A model generated the notes under the pieces. That model made no database searches. It worked only from the letters and a program-made list of their open reading frames with translations, and was not told where the DNA came from. The translations under genes were made by a program, and so were the position numbers. From contig MU053444.1 in NCBI GenBank assembly GCA_013239625.1, positions 265,822-329,821 of the forward strand: a stretch of DNA of 64,000 bases, written 5' to 3'. The stretch comes from Lama guanicoe. Lineage: Eukaryota. This document shows, piece by piece, positions 1 through 13,250 of the stretch (within the stretch, counting starts at the first letter, position 1; every line of letters begins with the position of its first letter).

Positions 1-586
1 AAAATTTCCTGCAGCTGAAAATGAGATCTCCAGAGGTCAATGCCCATATGCTGGTTCTTGAAGAGAGCCCCAGGTTAGAGAGACCCTCACCAACACTCAC
101 AGGGCATCAGACATGTTGCAGGGTCGAACACCCCCAAAAAGAGTTTGCTGTGACCTCAAGGCACGCACAGCATCCCTGCTAACAAAAATGTAGTTGGCAC
201 ATTTATCCGTTATTAAGAAGCAAAAATAAAAAATTGTTCATGTTTCTTACTAAAATTATTTATGAGGTGGAAAAAGAAATTGTAATAGAAAAGAACAAAT
301 TTGACTTCATGTTAGATGTGTTCCTTTGGCTTTAAACCTGTGCCCTGTTTACTAGGCTCAGACTTGCTAGCTCTGCACACACCTTTTGTAAAAGAAAGTT
401 GCCTTTATCCTGAAATATCCAGGAGGGCCTATTCTGCGGGCTCTGATCTTTAAGGATGTTAGCTCTTCTACACTTATGTAGAGATGGCTAGCTGCAAAAT
501 AGAGAATAACTTTTTTTTTTTGGAGGTTTTAAAGGGTCACCATGATTTGACCCACATGGATAGCTGCAAGAACAAAGGATTCCAAG
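1..586 (+). repeat. Segmental-duplication overlap, copy A (paralogous to 63410-64000)
   Basis: Colinear match to 63410-64000. I counted 19 mismatches in the first 180 nt by hand (about 89-90% identity). The match covers both non-LTR flank (1-280) and LTR (281-586). Confidence 0.95.
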
Positions 587-820
587 GAAAGCAATTCATA
601 CAGCAAGAAGTTTGCAACAACCAACCACACCCCTGCCCCTTTTTAGTATAAAAGGAGACTGAATTCTGACATGGGGAAGAGGGTTCACCAGGATATCAGT
701 ATGCCATCTTCTGGGTCTGCCAGCTTTTCAAATAAAGTCACTATTCCTTGCTCTAACACCTCATCTCCCGACTTACTGGCCTGCCACTCAGCAAGCAGAA
801 CAAGTTTGGACGTGGTAACA
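281..820 (+). mobile_element. Solo LTR, ERV1 class
   Basis: Starts TGTAATAG and ends GGTAACA. 4-bp TSD AAAT at 277-280 and 821-824. TATAAAA at 647-653, AATAAA at 731-736. Confidence 0.9.
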
Positions 821-2206
821 AAATGACTTCATTGGAGGTAGTATGTCTCCACTGTTTCCCCATTTCCAAAATGTCACAACCTATCAAATTTATATGCTGT
901 TTAACAACACAACCAAAAAACCTATCATAGGGAATTGATTCCACCGAAATAAAATTACTTCTACTCCCTTCAAAACTGTTTTTCTTTTCTATTTTATTTG
1001 TTTTGCTTATTGAAAAGAAAATAAAAGTCAAATCTATTTATTTCACGTGTTTTTGTTACAGCTGAATATTTTAAATACTAAAAAGATAATAAAATTGCAA
1101 TAAATAATTGTTTATATATTAGTATAAAGATATATAAACAAAGTGGATTAGGAAAGTTATGGATATTTACTAAAAATCCACTGCATATCCAGTCTTTTAC
1201 AAGCATATCCTGGAATATAAGCTCTGTGATCCAGGGGTCCACCACCCCCATTCTCACTGCCGAGTTCCTTAGTAATCAACTACCAAGGCACCAACATAGA
1301 ACCTCGCGATCAGTATTTTAGGTATAAATGAGGGAATTAGCTCATTCAATTCTATTAAAAAAAACTTAAAATAATTACTGAACTTACAGACAAGGAAAAT
1401 TGGACACAAAAAAGTACAGTCTCTTCCCCAAGGTCACAAGGCTAATAACTATAAAGGCAAGATTTGTACTCATCTGCCTGATTCTAAAAACTAAGGTGGA
1501 AATCCCATTTGACTGTGGGGGGTCCAGCAGCAATGGCTATCACCGTATCTTTGTTCAGATCTAGCCTTAGACAGCCTGAGACAGCACCCCATTCCTATGG
1601 AACTCGAGGGCAAACCATATCAATAAGGATTTTATATTCAGTAATTTCTTAGGTCTCATTTATATAAAGTGTCAGCAGGTCAGCAGAAAATCTCTAGGAA
1701 ATATGAGTGGATCCAGAGCTTTTTGCTGATTAGAAACTCAGTCAAACAGGACAGAGTGACCTTCCCATGAGAGGCCACATGGACATAAAGTAAATGCAGG
1801 TGAGCAATGAAAACTAGCAAGACCCTGGAACTCAAGCAAGAAGGACCCCTGCCATCCCCTGCCCAGTTGCCTCTTCACCTGCATGGACACAATGGCAGAA
1901 GACCCAGGTTCTTGTCCAAGTTACACCAAGATGGATTCTCACCCTTAAAAAGTTACGACCCCATGCTGTCTTAAGTCGTTTACAACTCAAATATGATGAC
2001 ACCAATATCTCAGCAGAATGTCTATATCTCCACTTCCTCTCTTCTATTAGGAGAATATTTCGATGGCAACAAAGCAGAAATCCAATTAAAAACACCATGC
2101 AAGAAGCCGGGTGAAAGTCTGCATAAGAGACTTTGTTCTCACGCTGAGTGAATGAAAACACAGAAACAGTGTTCCTTCTCCCTCAGTAAGTGGGAGGTAG
2201 CCTGAT

Positions 2207-2255
2207 TGTGTGCGTGTGTGTGTGTGTGTGCGTGTGTGTGTGCGTGTGTGTGTGT
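2207..2255. repeat. Interrupted (TG)n microsatellite
   Basis: TG tract with occasional CG interruptions, read directly. Confidence 0.95.
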
Positions 2256-3269
2256 AAATCAAATACAATGAATTCTGGGATATTTACAGATTTTTTTTTA
2301 TCTTACTGTCATTTCATGGGGATGAGCCACCCTTTAAATTAATTTGAATGTAGTGTTCTGAGAGAGTATCAGGCTCTTTTGGTGGAGTAGGGGAAAGGGG
2401 AAAGGAAAGGAGGAAAGAAGTAAATGAAGCAAAGGAGTACAAATACTGCTTGGGAAATGCAAGACATTATTTTGTTACTAATTACATCACACACAAATTA
2501 GGGACTGACTTTCGCCCATGTCTTGTCAAGCGCTGAGTTGCAGAAGAAGAGGGGACAGCCCATTTCTCACTGAGCTTGCAATTGTACTTGGCATCTTATA
2601 GACACATATCATTTACCCTGATCACTCTAGCAGCAGGCCGTAATTCTCCTGTTTTGAGAGACAAGAAAACAGGAGTTCAAAAAGGGTATATAAGTTGACA
2701 AAAGTCAGAGGACCTGTAAACATGAGAGGATGAATTCACACTCAGATCTGAATGCAGAGTCTGATCTTCCCACTCCCAGGAATGGAAAGTCCTTAACACA
2801 CAGGCTCCCCAGCTCCCCTGCAGTGTTCCTGGCACCAAGCATTTCCCATAGCGATGGTCTCCAGTTCTCACAGACACAGAGCTCTGTGCAGCCAATGACC
2901 TCCATTGGACCTTGATCATCAACCTGCCACGCCCATCAGGCCTCACCATAAAGGCAGGAAAGCTGGCTTTCAAGTGCTTACAAAGCCATCCCTGGTCTTA
3001 CCCGGGCTCTTCTGCAGCTTCTCCAGCCTAAAGACAGCCATGAAACTGCTCCAGTTTGTACATAAGCCACACTACTTCTGTCCATCTGTCTCCCCACCTA
3101 TACTACTTAGCTATGACCATTTTGATAATCTTGAAAACAAATTTTGAAAAAGATAAGAGAAAGGATCCTGGAACAAGTACTTAATACTTCCAATTTTAAA
3201 TGACAAGTTAAAAAGTGAGTATTTACAAATCGAATCTGCCTTCCCAGGTGTCAGATTTAACAGTTAAAA

Positions 3270-4640
3270 AATATAATAGGGAAAAATTCTCAATTACAAA
3301 ATAAAGAAAGACATCAACAATAATCTGGAATAAACTCAAAATTAAAACCCATGTTCTACATGGAGAAAACTACAGGAGTGTACTGAGGGGTAAAGTAAGA
3401 GGTGTGAATGTAGAGACATCAACATATTGCATGGAGGAAAGCAGTTTTGTAAAGATGTAAGTTCTCCTAAAGATAATTCAAAACTTACTAAAAAATCCCA
3501 TGAAAACCCTTATCTGTTTTTTTCAACCTGAACAAACTGTTTTAGAATTGTCCAGGAATAATAAAATCATAATACTAGCCAAGAAAATTTGGGATAGAAA
3601 AAGAATGAAAAAAAATCACACTTTCAGATATTAAATAAATTTTTATAATATGTAAGATATAGCACTGGAGAAAGAAAGCAAAATTGACAGAAATAAACCA
3701 TGAGCTCAAAAATAGACTCTAGTGTATATAAGTATTTTGTACAGGTGGGATTTCAAATCAAAGAGCAATGTATGAATTCAATAATTGTCTTGGGACAGAG
3801 AATCACCTGGAAAGAACAAATTCTATTCCTGTACCAATGACCACAAGAAAGATTACAGATAGTGATGTAAATATTAAAATACTAATAACAACAAATGCAA
3901 CCCTTTGCTCATATTAATTCAACTTCTCCTCACTATAACAAGTACTATTATCATCTCCATCTTAGAGATTAAAAAAACTTTCAGAAGAGATTTATATCAT
4001 TATAAGAAAGTGTTTCTAAGAATAATACCAAAGATAAAACCCAAAAGGAAGACATGTGCAATCTTAAGAATATTTTGGGCCACAACGAAAATAAAAAACC
4101 CACTGAACAAAATGAAAGGCAAGAAATGACAAGAAAAAGCTGCATGATACATGTTGATGAAGACAAGTGGTTAATGTTCATAACATACAAAGAGCTGTCA
4201 CAAAGCAACAAGAAGCTCCCTCACTTAAATGTGTGCAAAGGACAAAGAGGATCATTCATTTTTAAAAAGTCAGATGGCTAATGAGTGAAAAATGCTCAAT
4301 ACCTCACTGGTCATCAAATGCAAACTAAAACAATGAAAAAGCACTTTTGCTCATCATATTGGCAAATATTTATAAAAGATATTCTAGCTAGTGTCAATCT
4401 GTGAGAGAACAAACTGTGAGCGACTTTTTGGAGGATGACATGTCAATGGATATGTAAACTCTGATAAACGTGTGTACACACAGACTCAACTCAACTTCTA
4501 AGACTCGTTCCATATAGAAAAAATATCAGTTCAAAAAGATGTACTCATCAGAGCATTTACACAGCACTGTTTACAATGGTGGGAAGAAAAGCTGAAGTGA
4601 AATCATATACAGAGCTAGAGAATTGGTTACATAAGTTATT
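3270..4640 (+). mobile_element. Ancient, highly decayed L1 (L1M-type) ORF2/3' remnant
   Basis: A-rich sequence with decayed L1 motifs (gaaaatgctcaatacctcactggtcatcaaatgcaaactaaaacaatg; cagcactgtttacaatgg). Boundaries approximate. Confidence 0.7.
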
Positions 4641-5220
4641 CTACAGCTTTTCATTCCCCACTGGAGAAGCAATTTCTAGAGTCACAATGTTGATGAAGAC
4701 AAGTGGTTAATGTTCATAACATACAAAGAGCTGTCACAAAGCAACAAGAAGCTCCCTCACTTAAATGTGTGCAAAGGACAAAGAGGATCATTCATTTTTA
4801 AAAAGTCAGATGGCTAATGAGTGAAAAATGCTCAATACCTCACTGGTCATCAAATGCAAACTAAAACAATGAAAAAGCACTTTTGCTCATCATATTGGCA
4901 AATATTTATAAAAGATATTCTAGCTAGTGTCAATCTGTGAGAGAACAAACTTGAGCGACTTTTTGGAGGATGACATGTCAATGGATATGTAAACTCTGAT
5001 AAACGTGTGTACACACAGACTCAACTCAACTTCTAAGACTCGTTCCATATAGAAAAAATATCAGTTCAAAAAGATGTACTCATCAGAGCATTTACACAGC
5101 ACTGTTTACAATGGTGGGAAGAAAAGCTGAAGTGAAATCATATACAGAGCTAGAGAATTGGTTACATAAGTTATTCTACAGCTTTTCATTCCCCACTGGA
5201 GAAGCAATTTCTAGAGTCAC
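4151..5220 (+). repeat. Near-perfect tandem duplication, about 535 bp (4151-4685 and 4687-5220)
   Basis: Both copies run atgttgatgaagacaagtgg to gcaatttctagagtcac. The only difference I found is a 1-nt indel (aaactgtgag vs aaacttgag). Confidence 0.95.
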
Positions 5221-6356
5221 TTGAAAGGAGCCTGTGATGTATGTAAATGTCACATCCAGGGACTAAATTTCCAGAAGCCTTAACTAAAGGAATGCTCATA
5301 CAAGATCACAGGAATGTTTGTACAAGAAGGATGCCAGTCAAACATCTATTCTGACAGTGGAAAATGGAGAAAACTTAAGTTTCCACCATCAAGAAAATGA
5401 TGCGGTAAATCACGGCGAGATGTGGGCTCTGAGGGGGCTGGCAATTCAGCGTGGTCCAGGGCCTTGTACTCAGCACTCTCCCACCAAAGGTGTCCTTGCA
5501 CAAGAGACCACACCTGCACATCAGGAGACCCCTCCACTCTATCCGAAAGGACCGGGTGAGTCTGGAGTGGGTGGACATCTATGATATACCCTTGAGTGAA
5601 TAAAGCGAGCTGCAGAAAACATATAGTATTGCCTTATTTTTCAATAAAGCATATATACATACACATATATAAAGATTTCTCATATACATGTACGTATGTA
5701 GGTATGTATGTATTTATGGGTATATATATATGTCATAGGCATAAAGGTCATGAAATATATACACCACATTGTCAACAGCTTTTACACTCAGGAAATAAGG
5801 GGAAGGGAGCTTGGGGCCTTTTGGTACCACCACAGTTTTCTTTTCAGTATTTCAGTTAAGTATTCTAGAATTTGAAAGTTTATTTAAGTCCGAAGTAAAA
5901 TGGACGAAGCCTCCACAAGACAGAATGCTATACTGGTCATTAAAAATCAAGCCAGGGGAGATAGAATATTGTAGAAAAACATGTAATAAGCCGAATGGAA
6001 AATGGAGGTCTCCACACAGTAAGCAGGAACAGAGTGATCACTGGTTTTTATGACAGAGGTGATACACACTGACGAAAAGAACAGAAAATAGATGTTAAAA
6101 TGTTAATTATGGTCTCTGAGTAGTGGGACCAGGATAGCCTCTTTTGCCCCTTTTTTCAGACTTATTATATTAAATACACATTATTTATCATCTGAAAAAA
6201 GCATTTTTAAATGTCTAGTACCACGCATTTGAGAAAATACACGAGTAATTACAGAAAAAAATAACTAGGAGACACCACAGCAGTGTCACACAAGGTAGAA
6301 CAGGCGATCCTGAATAACACCCCACAGTTACATAAGGACCCACAAAGAGAGAGCAC

Positions 6357-6477
6357 CTGCTGTAACAGGACGCGGCCCCCTTCTATTTGTCAGTTGTGTC
6401 TTCAGGGCTAAGGCAGTTCTGAGCACTGCCAGTGTCAGTGCTGGTGTCTGGATGGATGCCACTGGAGGTGAGGACAC
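6357..6477 (-). pseudogene. TRAPPC9: TRAPPC9-like paralog, exon 6 remnant
   Basis: Translates [39 protein letters not shown] vs remembered TRAPPC9 [40 protein letters not shown]. Acceptor ttcttcctctcagcttgcag. In-frame TAG at 6383-6385. Weak donor AG|GTGCTC. Confidence 0.92.
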
Positions 6478-8879
6478 CTGCAAGCTGAGAGGAAGAACAG
6501 AAATTATCCTTTGCTTTTTCTGTCTTGTTTCTTTGTTACTGTAAAAGAGAGGCATAAATAAGATAAACTGTGTATCTTCCCTACTGAAATTTCAATAATG
6601 AAACCGTTTTTAAAGTCTTCACAGCTTATATTCTGCCTATAACTGTCTTTACAACAAAGCATCATATTTATTAAATGTTAATTAACTCAATTAACTCCCG
6701 GTTGAAACCTTCTATTGAAGAACGTGAAATGCACTACGTAAAAGCACCACGCCTGCAGTGACTACCTTATCTGTCTTGACAGCAGTGCAGTCAGCCCCCA
6801 CCATCCTGTGGCCCTGAGCTCCTGATGCTGGTAGGAGAGCGCGCTGCCGCCTCAGATGGAGAGGAACTGTGAAAGCATTCTCTGAAATCTACAGCACTGA
6901 CAAAACATAACTGACAAATCCCAGGCTCCTTTTAAGCTGTCATTTTCTGTTTCTGGCCAACCCCGTCAATGAGCAGAACCACCCCATTCCCGAGCCATGT
7001 GACTCACGTGGGAAGTGGTTTCAGAGAAATTTCCATGTATAGAATGTAACCAACTATACATAGAACTCTCACAAAAGAAAAGATGAAATACTCTGGTTTT
7101 GGAAGACACTCAAAATATTCTCCTAAGCCTTAGGAGCTGGGAAGGCTGGGCTTCTCCTCATCCACTTATTTATTTCACATTCAGTGAGAATCTCCCACAA
7201 ACCCTGTTTCCCTGTGTCTGTTGGGAGCCTCAGGCACACAGATGCTGTCAATCTTATAAGTCACAGCAATCTTATAATTCTTATATGTCTCATGCCTGCA
7301 ATCCTCACACAAGCTCACCTATTGGCCACACTGTCTGTACTTGGCCCCATTTTCTCACCTATTTATTTGGTATCTGTTCTTCTGTAAGTTGGCTAATATG
7401 CTTCTTGGAACAAATCAGAAGAATGAGTGGGTAGATAAATGGACAGATGGACAGGAGAGAGATGGGCAGACAAAAAGAGAGACTCCAAGAAAAGGGGAAA
7501 GAAAATTTCCTATGCAAAACCCTCTTCTAGTCAGGGAAGAAAACCACCACGGAGAAGTGTGAAGAGGCAGGTAGCTTAGGACAGTTTCCTGGAATCCATG
7601 TAAAGTCACACCAAGTGATGAGAAGGTAGAACTATAAATAATAAAAAAAACCCATGCATGCTTGAAAAATATATCTACAATATATACTTTCTGAAGAATA
7701 GATTCAAATCAGTAGGGCCCAATAACACAATTTTTGGGTATTTACAGAAGTGAGAATCCCACATCCAAACCACAAGACATCCCTTTGGAGCACTGAGAGT
7801 CTACACGGTGCGTTCATGTAGCCATCACCACAAAAGCTATGCTATCCTACACTTACGAGGAACGAGCAGCTGTGCTCGGGCTGCCCACGTGTGTCATTTA
7901 CACCCCACAGCACCTCTACGGGGGAGGGACACCTAGCGAGCCCCGTCTCTGCAGGACAGAAAAGAAGTCCGGGAGAGGCTAAGCCGACCTACCTGTTCTC
8001 CATCTCACAGGACTGGTCACTCCAGAACAGGACTCGATCTCGGACCCATGTTTGTAACCACAGTACTAACGTGCTTTATGTGCTTTTTGTGTGTATAATA
8101 CATTTGCTTCTGGCATGAAAGGATATTTAATAAATGTTCGGTTGTCTTGTCTATCTCAGTAGCTCACAATCAATCTTTATACTATTGAATCGTACTCTTC
8201 TCAAAAAGAGTACAACGGAAAGAGCAGGGGTCAGAATGAAGTGGGGCTGCATTCTTTATCTGGTACCTCATCTCATCCAAGTCCCCAACCGGGGAGAAGG
8301 AGCAAATGTTTTCATCTTTTAAAGAGAGAGCTCCAATGATGGTGAATTACTCAACTCCAAAACCAAGGCCGGGGGTAGGGCACATGCAGCAACCAGAGCA
8401 GTATCACCGGTAGGAAGGTGAAAAGAGCTCACGGGAGGGCTCAGGGGATGTGCCTGATATAATTTCAATCGATAAAAGAATACCACAGTCTAAAAATTCT
8501 AGCATGCAATGGATTTGCTCTTTCTTGTCATCTAGCAAGTTTCCACAGCCCCCATGTAACATTATCATGAACCAGTGAAAGGAAGAGTCTACAGACAGGG
8601 AAAATCAATGCCACAAGCAGGCTGAAACTCAGCATGGATGAAAGGAAGAGAGAGGGCATAGTTAAGAAGAGGGGAAAGGCTGGGAAAAGGACATCATCAC
8701 AAGGACTCTCAAGCATCATCCAGCAATCATATAATCATTTATTCAAGAGAGGGTTACTGAGGTCCTATTTTGTGCAAGATTTTACACAGGGCAAAGCAAG
8801 AGCACAGCGTCCGTGGTGGCAGCAAGTGGCGTGGTTCAAATACACTTCTGATCCTGGTATCTTGCACACTTTTAATCAG

Positions 8880-9210
8880 TATAAAGGCAAAGAAAAAAAG
8901 TAAAATAATACTCTGTAAACACAATGCATTGTTGAAAAAAATTAAAGAAGTCCTAAATACCTGGACAGACATACCACGCACATTCATGGATCAGAAGACA
9001 GCGCTCTTGGAATGGCAGTGCTCCCCACAGCGATCCGTATATTCAACGTGGTTTCGATTACAATCCCAGCGGGCTCCTCTGCAGAAACTGACTAGCTGCT
9101 GCTACGATTCATATCGGAATTCGAAGGTCTCAGTAACCAAAACGTACTTGAAAAAGAAGAACAACATGAGAGGACTTGTAATTCTCAATTTCAAACATTA
9201 CAACTGTATC
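8880..9210 (+). mobile_element. L1 ORF2 fragment (accounts for the 149-aa ORF at 8770-9219)
   Basis: Translation LLKKIKEVLNTWTDIP resembles the L1 ORF2 motif LLKEIKEDLNKWKDIP. DNA motif ttgaaaaagaagaacaac...ggacttg is also L1-like. Confidence 0.8.
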
Positions 9211-10859
9211 TCCAACTGAGATTAGAGGCCATTTTTAAGTTATTATTGTGTTTATCCTAATTTTCCAAATTCTCTGCAATGAATATATCTTTTACAATAA
9301 GAAAAATAAAAAGTAAGGTATCTTTTAAAACATGCACACCAATTCATTCATTGGGTAAAAAATTTTTTTAACTATAAAGAGTTAAACAAATTTCTAGTGA
9401 AAAAGGACTACTTAAAAACAAGAGTGCATTTACATTTTTCATAAATTGAAATCTGAAAAGCACAAACACATCAAGTTTCTAGGGAGACCAATGCAACATA
9501 TTAATATTTATTTCCAAAATTCTAATTTAACAATGAAAACTCAAAAAAGGGAAAATCGTGATTGACAGCCACCTGCAAACACGTGGAAAGCAAAGACCTA
9601 GAAATCACAGTTCATTTAACTCTGCTACTAACTCAGTAGGACAGGAGATTCCTCACTGAGAGGACAGTGGAATCCCATGCATAATACAGGATACACAGTA
9701 CAAACTGCACTAGAATCGGGGGTGATCTTCTTACAAGAATTCTAAAGTTACAACATTGCTGAAAACCTATAAAACATTGACAGATTAAAACACACAGTCA
9801 TATATATTATAAAGAAACATATGAAGTCTGCTCCCATGTTGCATAGAAATACAAACATATTTGTTCATTTATGGGCACTGATTACATTATCCCAGGTAGA
9901 ATATTTCAACTAAAACAAATCAATAATACACTACTCTTGTCAAATCTAGTTGATAAGTTACTGTGCTATGTAACCATAACTTGTCTAAGATAGATCTAAA
10001 ATTAGTGAAAAAGATCTTTGTATGGTTCCCAGAACTCTTCTCAAAACTCCAAGCTTAATTTTAAAATAGGTCTGAGCAGTATTTCTCTATTATCTTTTCT
10101 CTCGTGAAATGAACAACAGAGTCTGTTGTCAAAATTCTGTCCTTACAATGATTCACGAGCACCGTATCCTCACAAAACTGCTGGACAGCAAGGCACTATC
10201 CAGACAATGTGACCAAACCAATGAAACACAAGGAAGATGGTGACCCTATTCTGGACGGCTTATAATCTGTGTCAACACCAGGGTATTTATTTGATTGGTT
10301 TGATTGGGTAGCAAAATAAAATCAATCAAGTAATTTCTTCTTTGAGCATTCTGTACGTCATGACTCTGTGCTTAGTGTCATGAGCAGGAAAGACTTAAGC
10401 ATGACTTGATTAGGTCAACTAGCAACAATCATCACTGGTGAGTGAGTAATAAAGAAGTTAACTGATAGCAATGCTTCTGCCTACATGAGACCTAAAATAA
10501 ACCTAAAATGACCTCTGCAAGGAAAATGAGGAGATGAGGTCCCCAATGAGAAAACAAACTAACAAGAAATCAAAAACTGAAAGACTTTTTCATTAACGAT
10601 TCCAGGAAGGAGTGGAGCATGTTGGTGAAGAGCCCAGATGCTGTTGACAAACATGAGGGTCTGAACTCCCACAGCACTGGGTAGCTGTGACACTGTTATG
10701 TCAGTGAAATTTTCTGCATTTCAGTCTCCTGTCCATAGACTGGGGACAACAACAGCACCCATCTCCTAGAACGATCCTAAGAATTAAGTTATTTTATATA
10801 TAAATGTTTAAATAAAATACCTCAGAATTTAAATAATACCCCGAAAGAACAAGGAGCAA

Positions 10860-11860
10860 AGAAAACAGAGATAAATTGGAGTTCATTAAAGTTAAACCTT
10901 TGCTTCAAAGGACACCATCCAGAAAGTGAAAAAACAACAGACAGGAGAAAATTTTTTCAAATCATTTATCTGATTAGGAATTTGTATCTCCAAAAAAAAA
11001 AAAAATCCTACAACTAAACAATACAAATCAGCTCATTTAAAAATTGAATAATGGTTCTGAAAAGGAATTTTTCAAGGAAAATATACAAATGAATAATAAG
11101 CACAAAGAAACGATGTTCCATATCACTAGCTGTAATTGAAATCAAGTCAAAACCACTAGGAGAAACTGCTTCACACTCACTACAATAGGATATACTCAAA
11201 AAGAGAGTAACAAGCATTAATGAGGACACAGAGGAAGCGGAGCTCGCAGCCCTTGCTGGTGAGGACGTAACACAGCATGGCCACTTTGGAAAACAGCCTG
11301 GCAGGTCCTCAGAGAGTTAAACATTTGGTTTCTGAATGACCCAGCAATTCTGCTCTCTGGGCACACACGTAAGAGAACAGAAAACAAGTGTCCACATAAA
11401 AACTCCTACAGGAATGTTCACGGCGCCATTACTCATCACAGCCAAAAAGCACAAACAAACCAAATGCCTATCACCTGATGAATGGGTAAACAGTGGGGCC
11501 CAGCCATACAGTGGAATATTATTCAGCAATAGCAAAGCATAGAGTACTGACCCAGTCCACAACGTGGACAAACATTAAAAACGTTACTCGGTGTGAAAGA
11601 GGTCAGTCACAATAGATGGTTTCATTTACATGAAATGACTCAATTTACATGAAATGTCCAGCATAGGTAAATCTTCATAGAGAGAAGAGTGGCTGCCTGG
11701 GGCTGGGGGAGGATGGGGAAGATGTGAAAAACTGCTTCTATATTCGGGGCTTCCTGATGGGGGGATGAAAATATTCTAAGATTGACTGGAATGCACAATT
11801 CTGGGCATTGAGTAAAAATTGCTGTACATTTTAATGGCTGAATTGCATTAAAACTGTTAA
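10860..11860 (+). mobile_element. L1MB-like 3' end
   Basis: Typical 3' ORF2/UTR motifs: ccactttggaaaacagcctggcag, gacccagcaattctgctctctggg, caaatgcctatcacctgatgaatgggtaaac, gatgaaaatattctaagattgactg. Confidence 0.85.
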
Positions 11861-12702
11861 GATTAAAAGCACCTAGGTCCAGTACCTTCCCATAGTAAAA
11901 GCAAATTGCTAACTTTTATTACAGGAAGAAGAAACTGCCCTCAGCATGAAAGCAGGAGATCAGCAAATGTGAGTTAACTGAAATTGGACAAGAGCATTTC
12001 ACTTGAAACAGTTGCTGAGTGTACACGAAATATTCAGAAATACGAAAATCAGTTTGACATCACGAAGAAGCTTTCTGCTTCAAATAAAGATCAAAGATTC
12101 AGCAAGCCCAGCTGCTAGAAATGACCAGAGAAGAAACCTGGTTCATAAAACAAGCACCAGAGGCAACAAGGAAATGGTGGTGAGGAAAGCAGGCGGCCGA
12201 AAATCTGGAACAGTTAGCTACAAATAATTTCTCCAATGAAAATTCAAAAATAAAATGAAACTGATGCAATGATGTGCTGGCCTCACGTGAATGGGCTTCC
12301 TCCAGTGCTCGACAGTTCTGTAACCCCGAATGAGACACTCAGGAGAATCAGCATGGTTCCTAGCAGTCCCGAAGTGACTGCCCACCAGCACGCCGACCAC
12401 CATCACATCTGCCAGGGTTGAACTGCAGAGAAGAGACCAACTTCTGAAAGGCACAGGAAACATTGACCAGGGAAGAAAATGCTGTGGTCAGTCCTGGGAC
12501 AGAGGCCCTGTGAGCAGAGGCCAGAAGGCTGCAGGTGAACTGGAGTGGCCCTGGGGCAGGAAGGGACCACAAGGCAGCAAATTTCAATTATCTTCTCTCT
12601 CTCTCTCCCTCGGGTAAGAGAGATAAACCTGCATCCTTCTCAGCTGGAACTGTGGGTTCTGGCTGGCAGAAGTTTTACCTACAGGGAATGATTATTTAAG
12701 AT

Positions 12703-13250
12703 TGTAGAAAAAGTCCAGAAATCGATAGGGAGTAGGGAGCCAACTCCAACAGCCTCTCAAATTCTCCCATATTTATTGTGTATAATCAAAGGAAATAGTC
12801 ATTAAGAGCTGTGTGATAGTAAGCAGGAATTTGGGGAAAGCCTGGATGAGACAGAAATTGTAGAATCCACCATGAGTACAAAGTCTTAGTTTATCTTTAG
12901 GGAAGTCATGTGGTGAGGGGAACAAAATAATTTCTTTTGATTTGTGAATTACAAAGCAGACCACCAGACCAGCCAGGTCCTTGTTTTGGGGATAACAGAC
13001 TATCTAACAGTACACAAGCCCAGCTTTTATAGCTGAGGTCCTGGGTCCTTGCTTTGCAATGACCAGAGTGCTATCTAAAACCTCAACTACGCAAGCAAAG
13101 CATTGTCTCTGCTTTTTAAGGCAAGGAGACAGGAGTGAGGATGTACAGGCCCTTGCTTGCAAAGCAGTTACTAAGCATATTTTTTCTCCGTATAGTTGAC
13201 AGACGGCCTGGGACTGTTACAATTTGTTAACCCAATCAAGGGCTCCTACA
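12703..13250 (-). mobile_element. Probable solo LTR
   Basis: TGTAG...CTACA termini. Minus-strand AATAAA (tttatt near 12772) and TATAAAA (ttttata near 13025) lie in LTR order. No convincing TSD. Confidence 0.55.
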
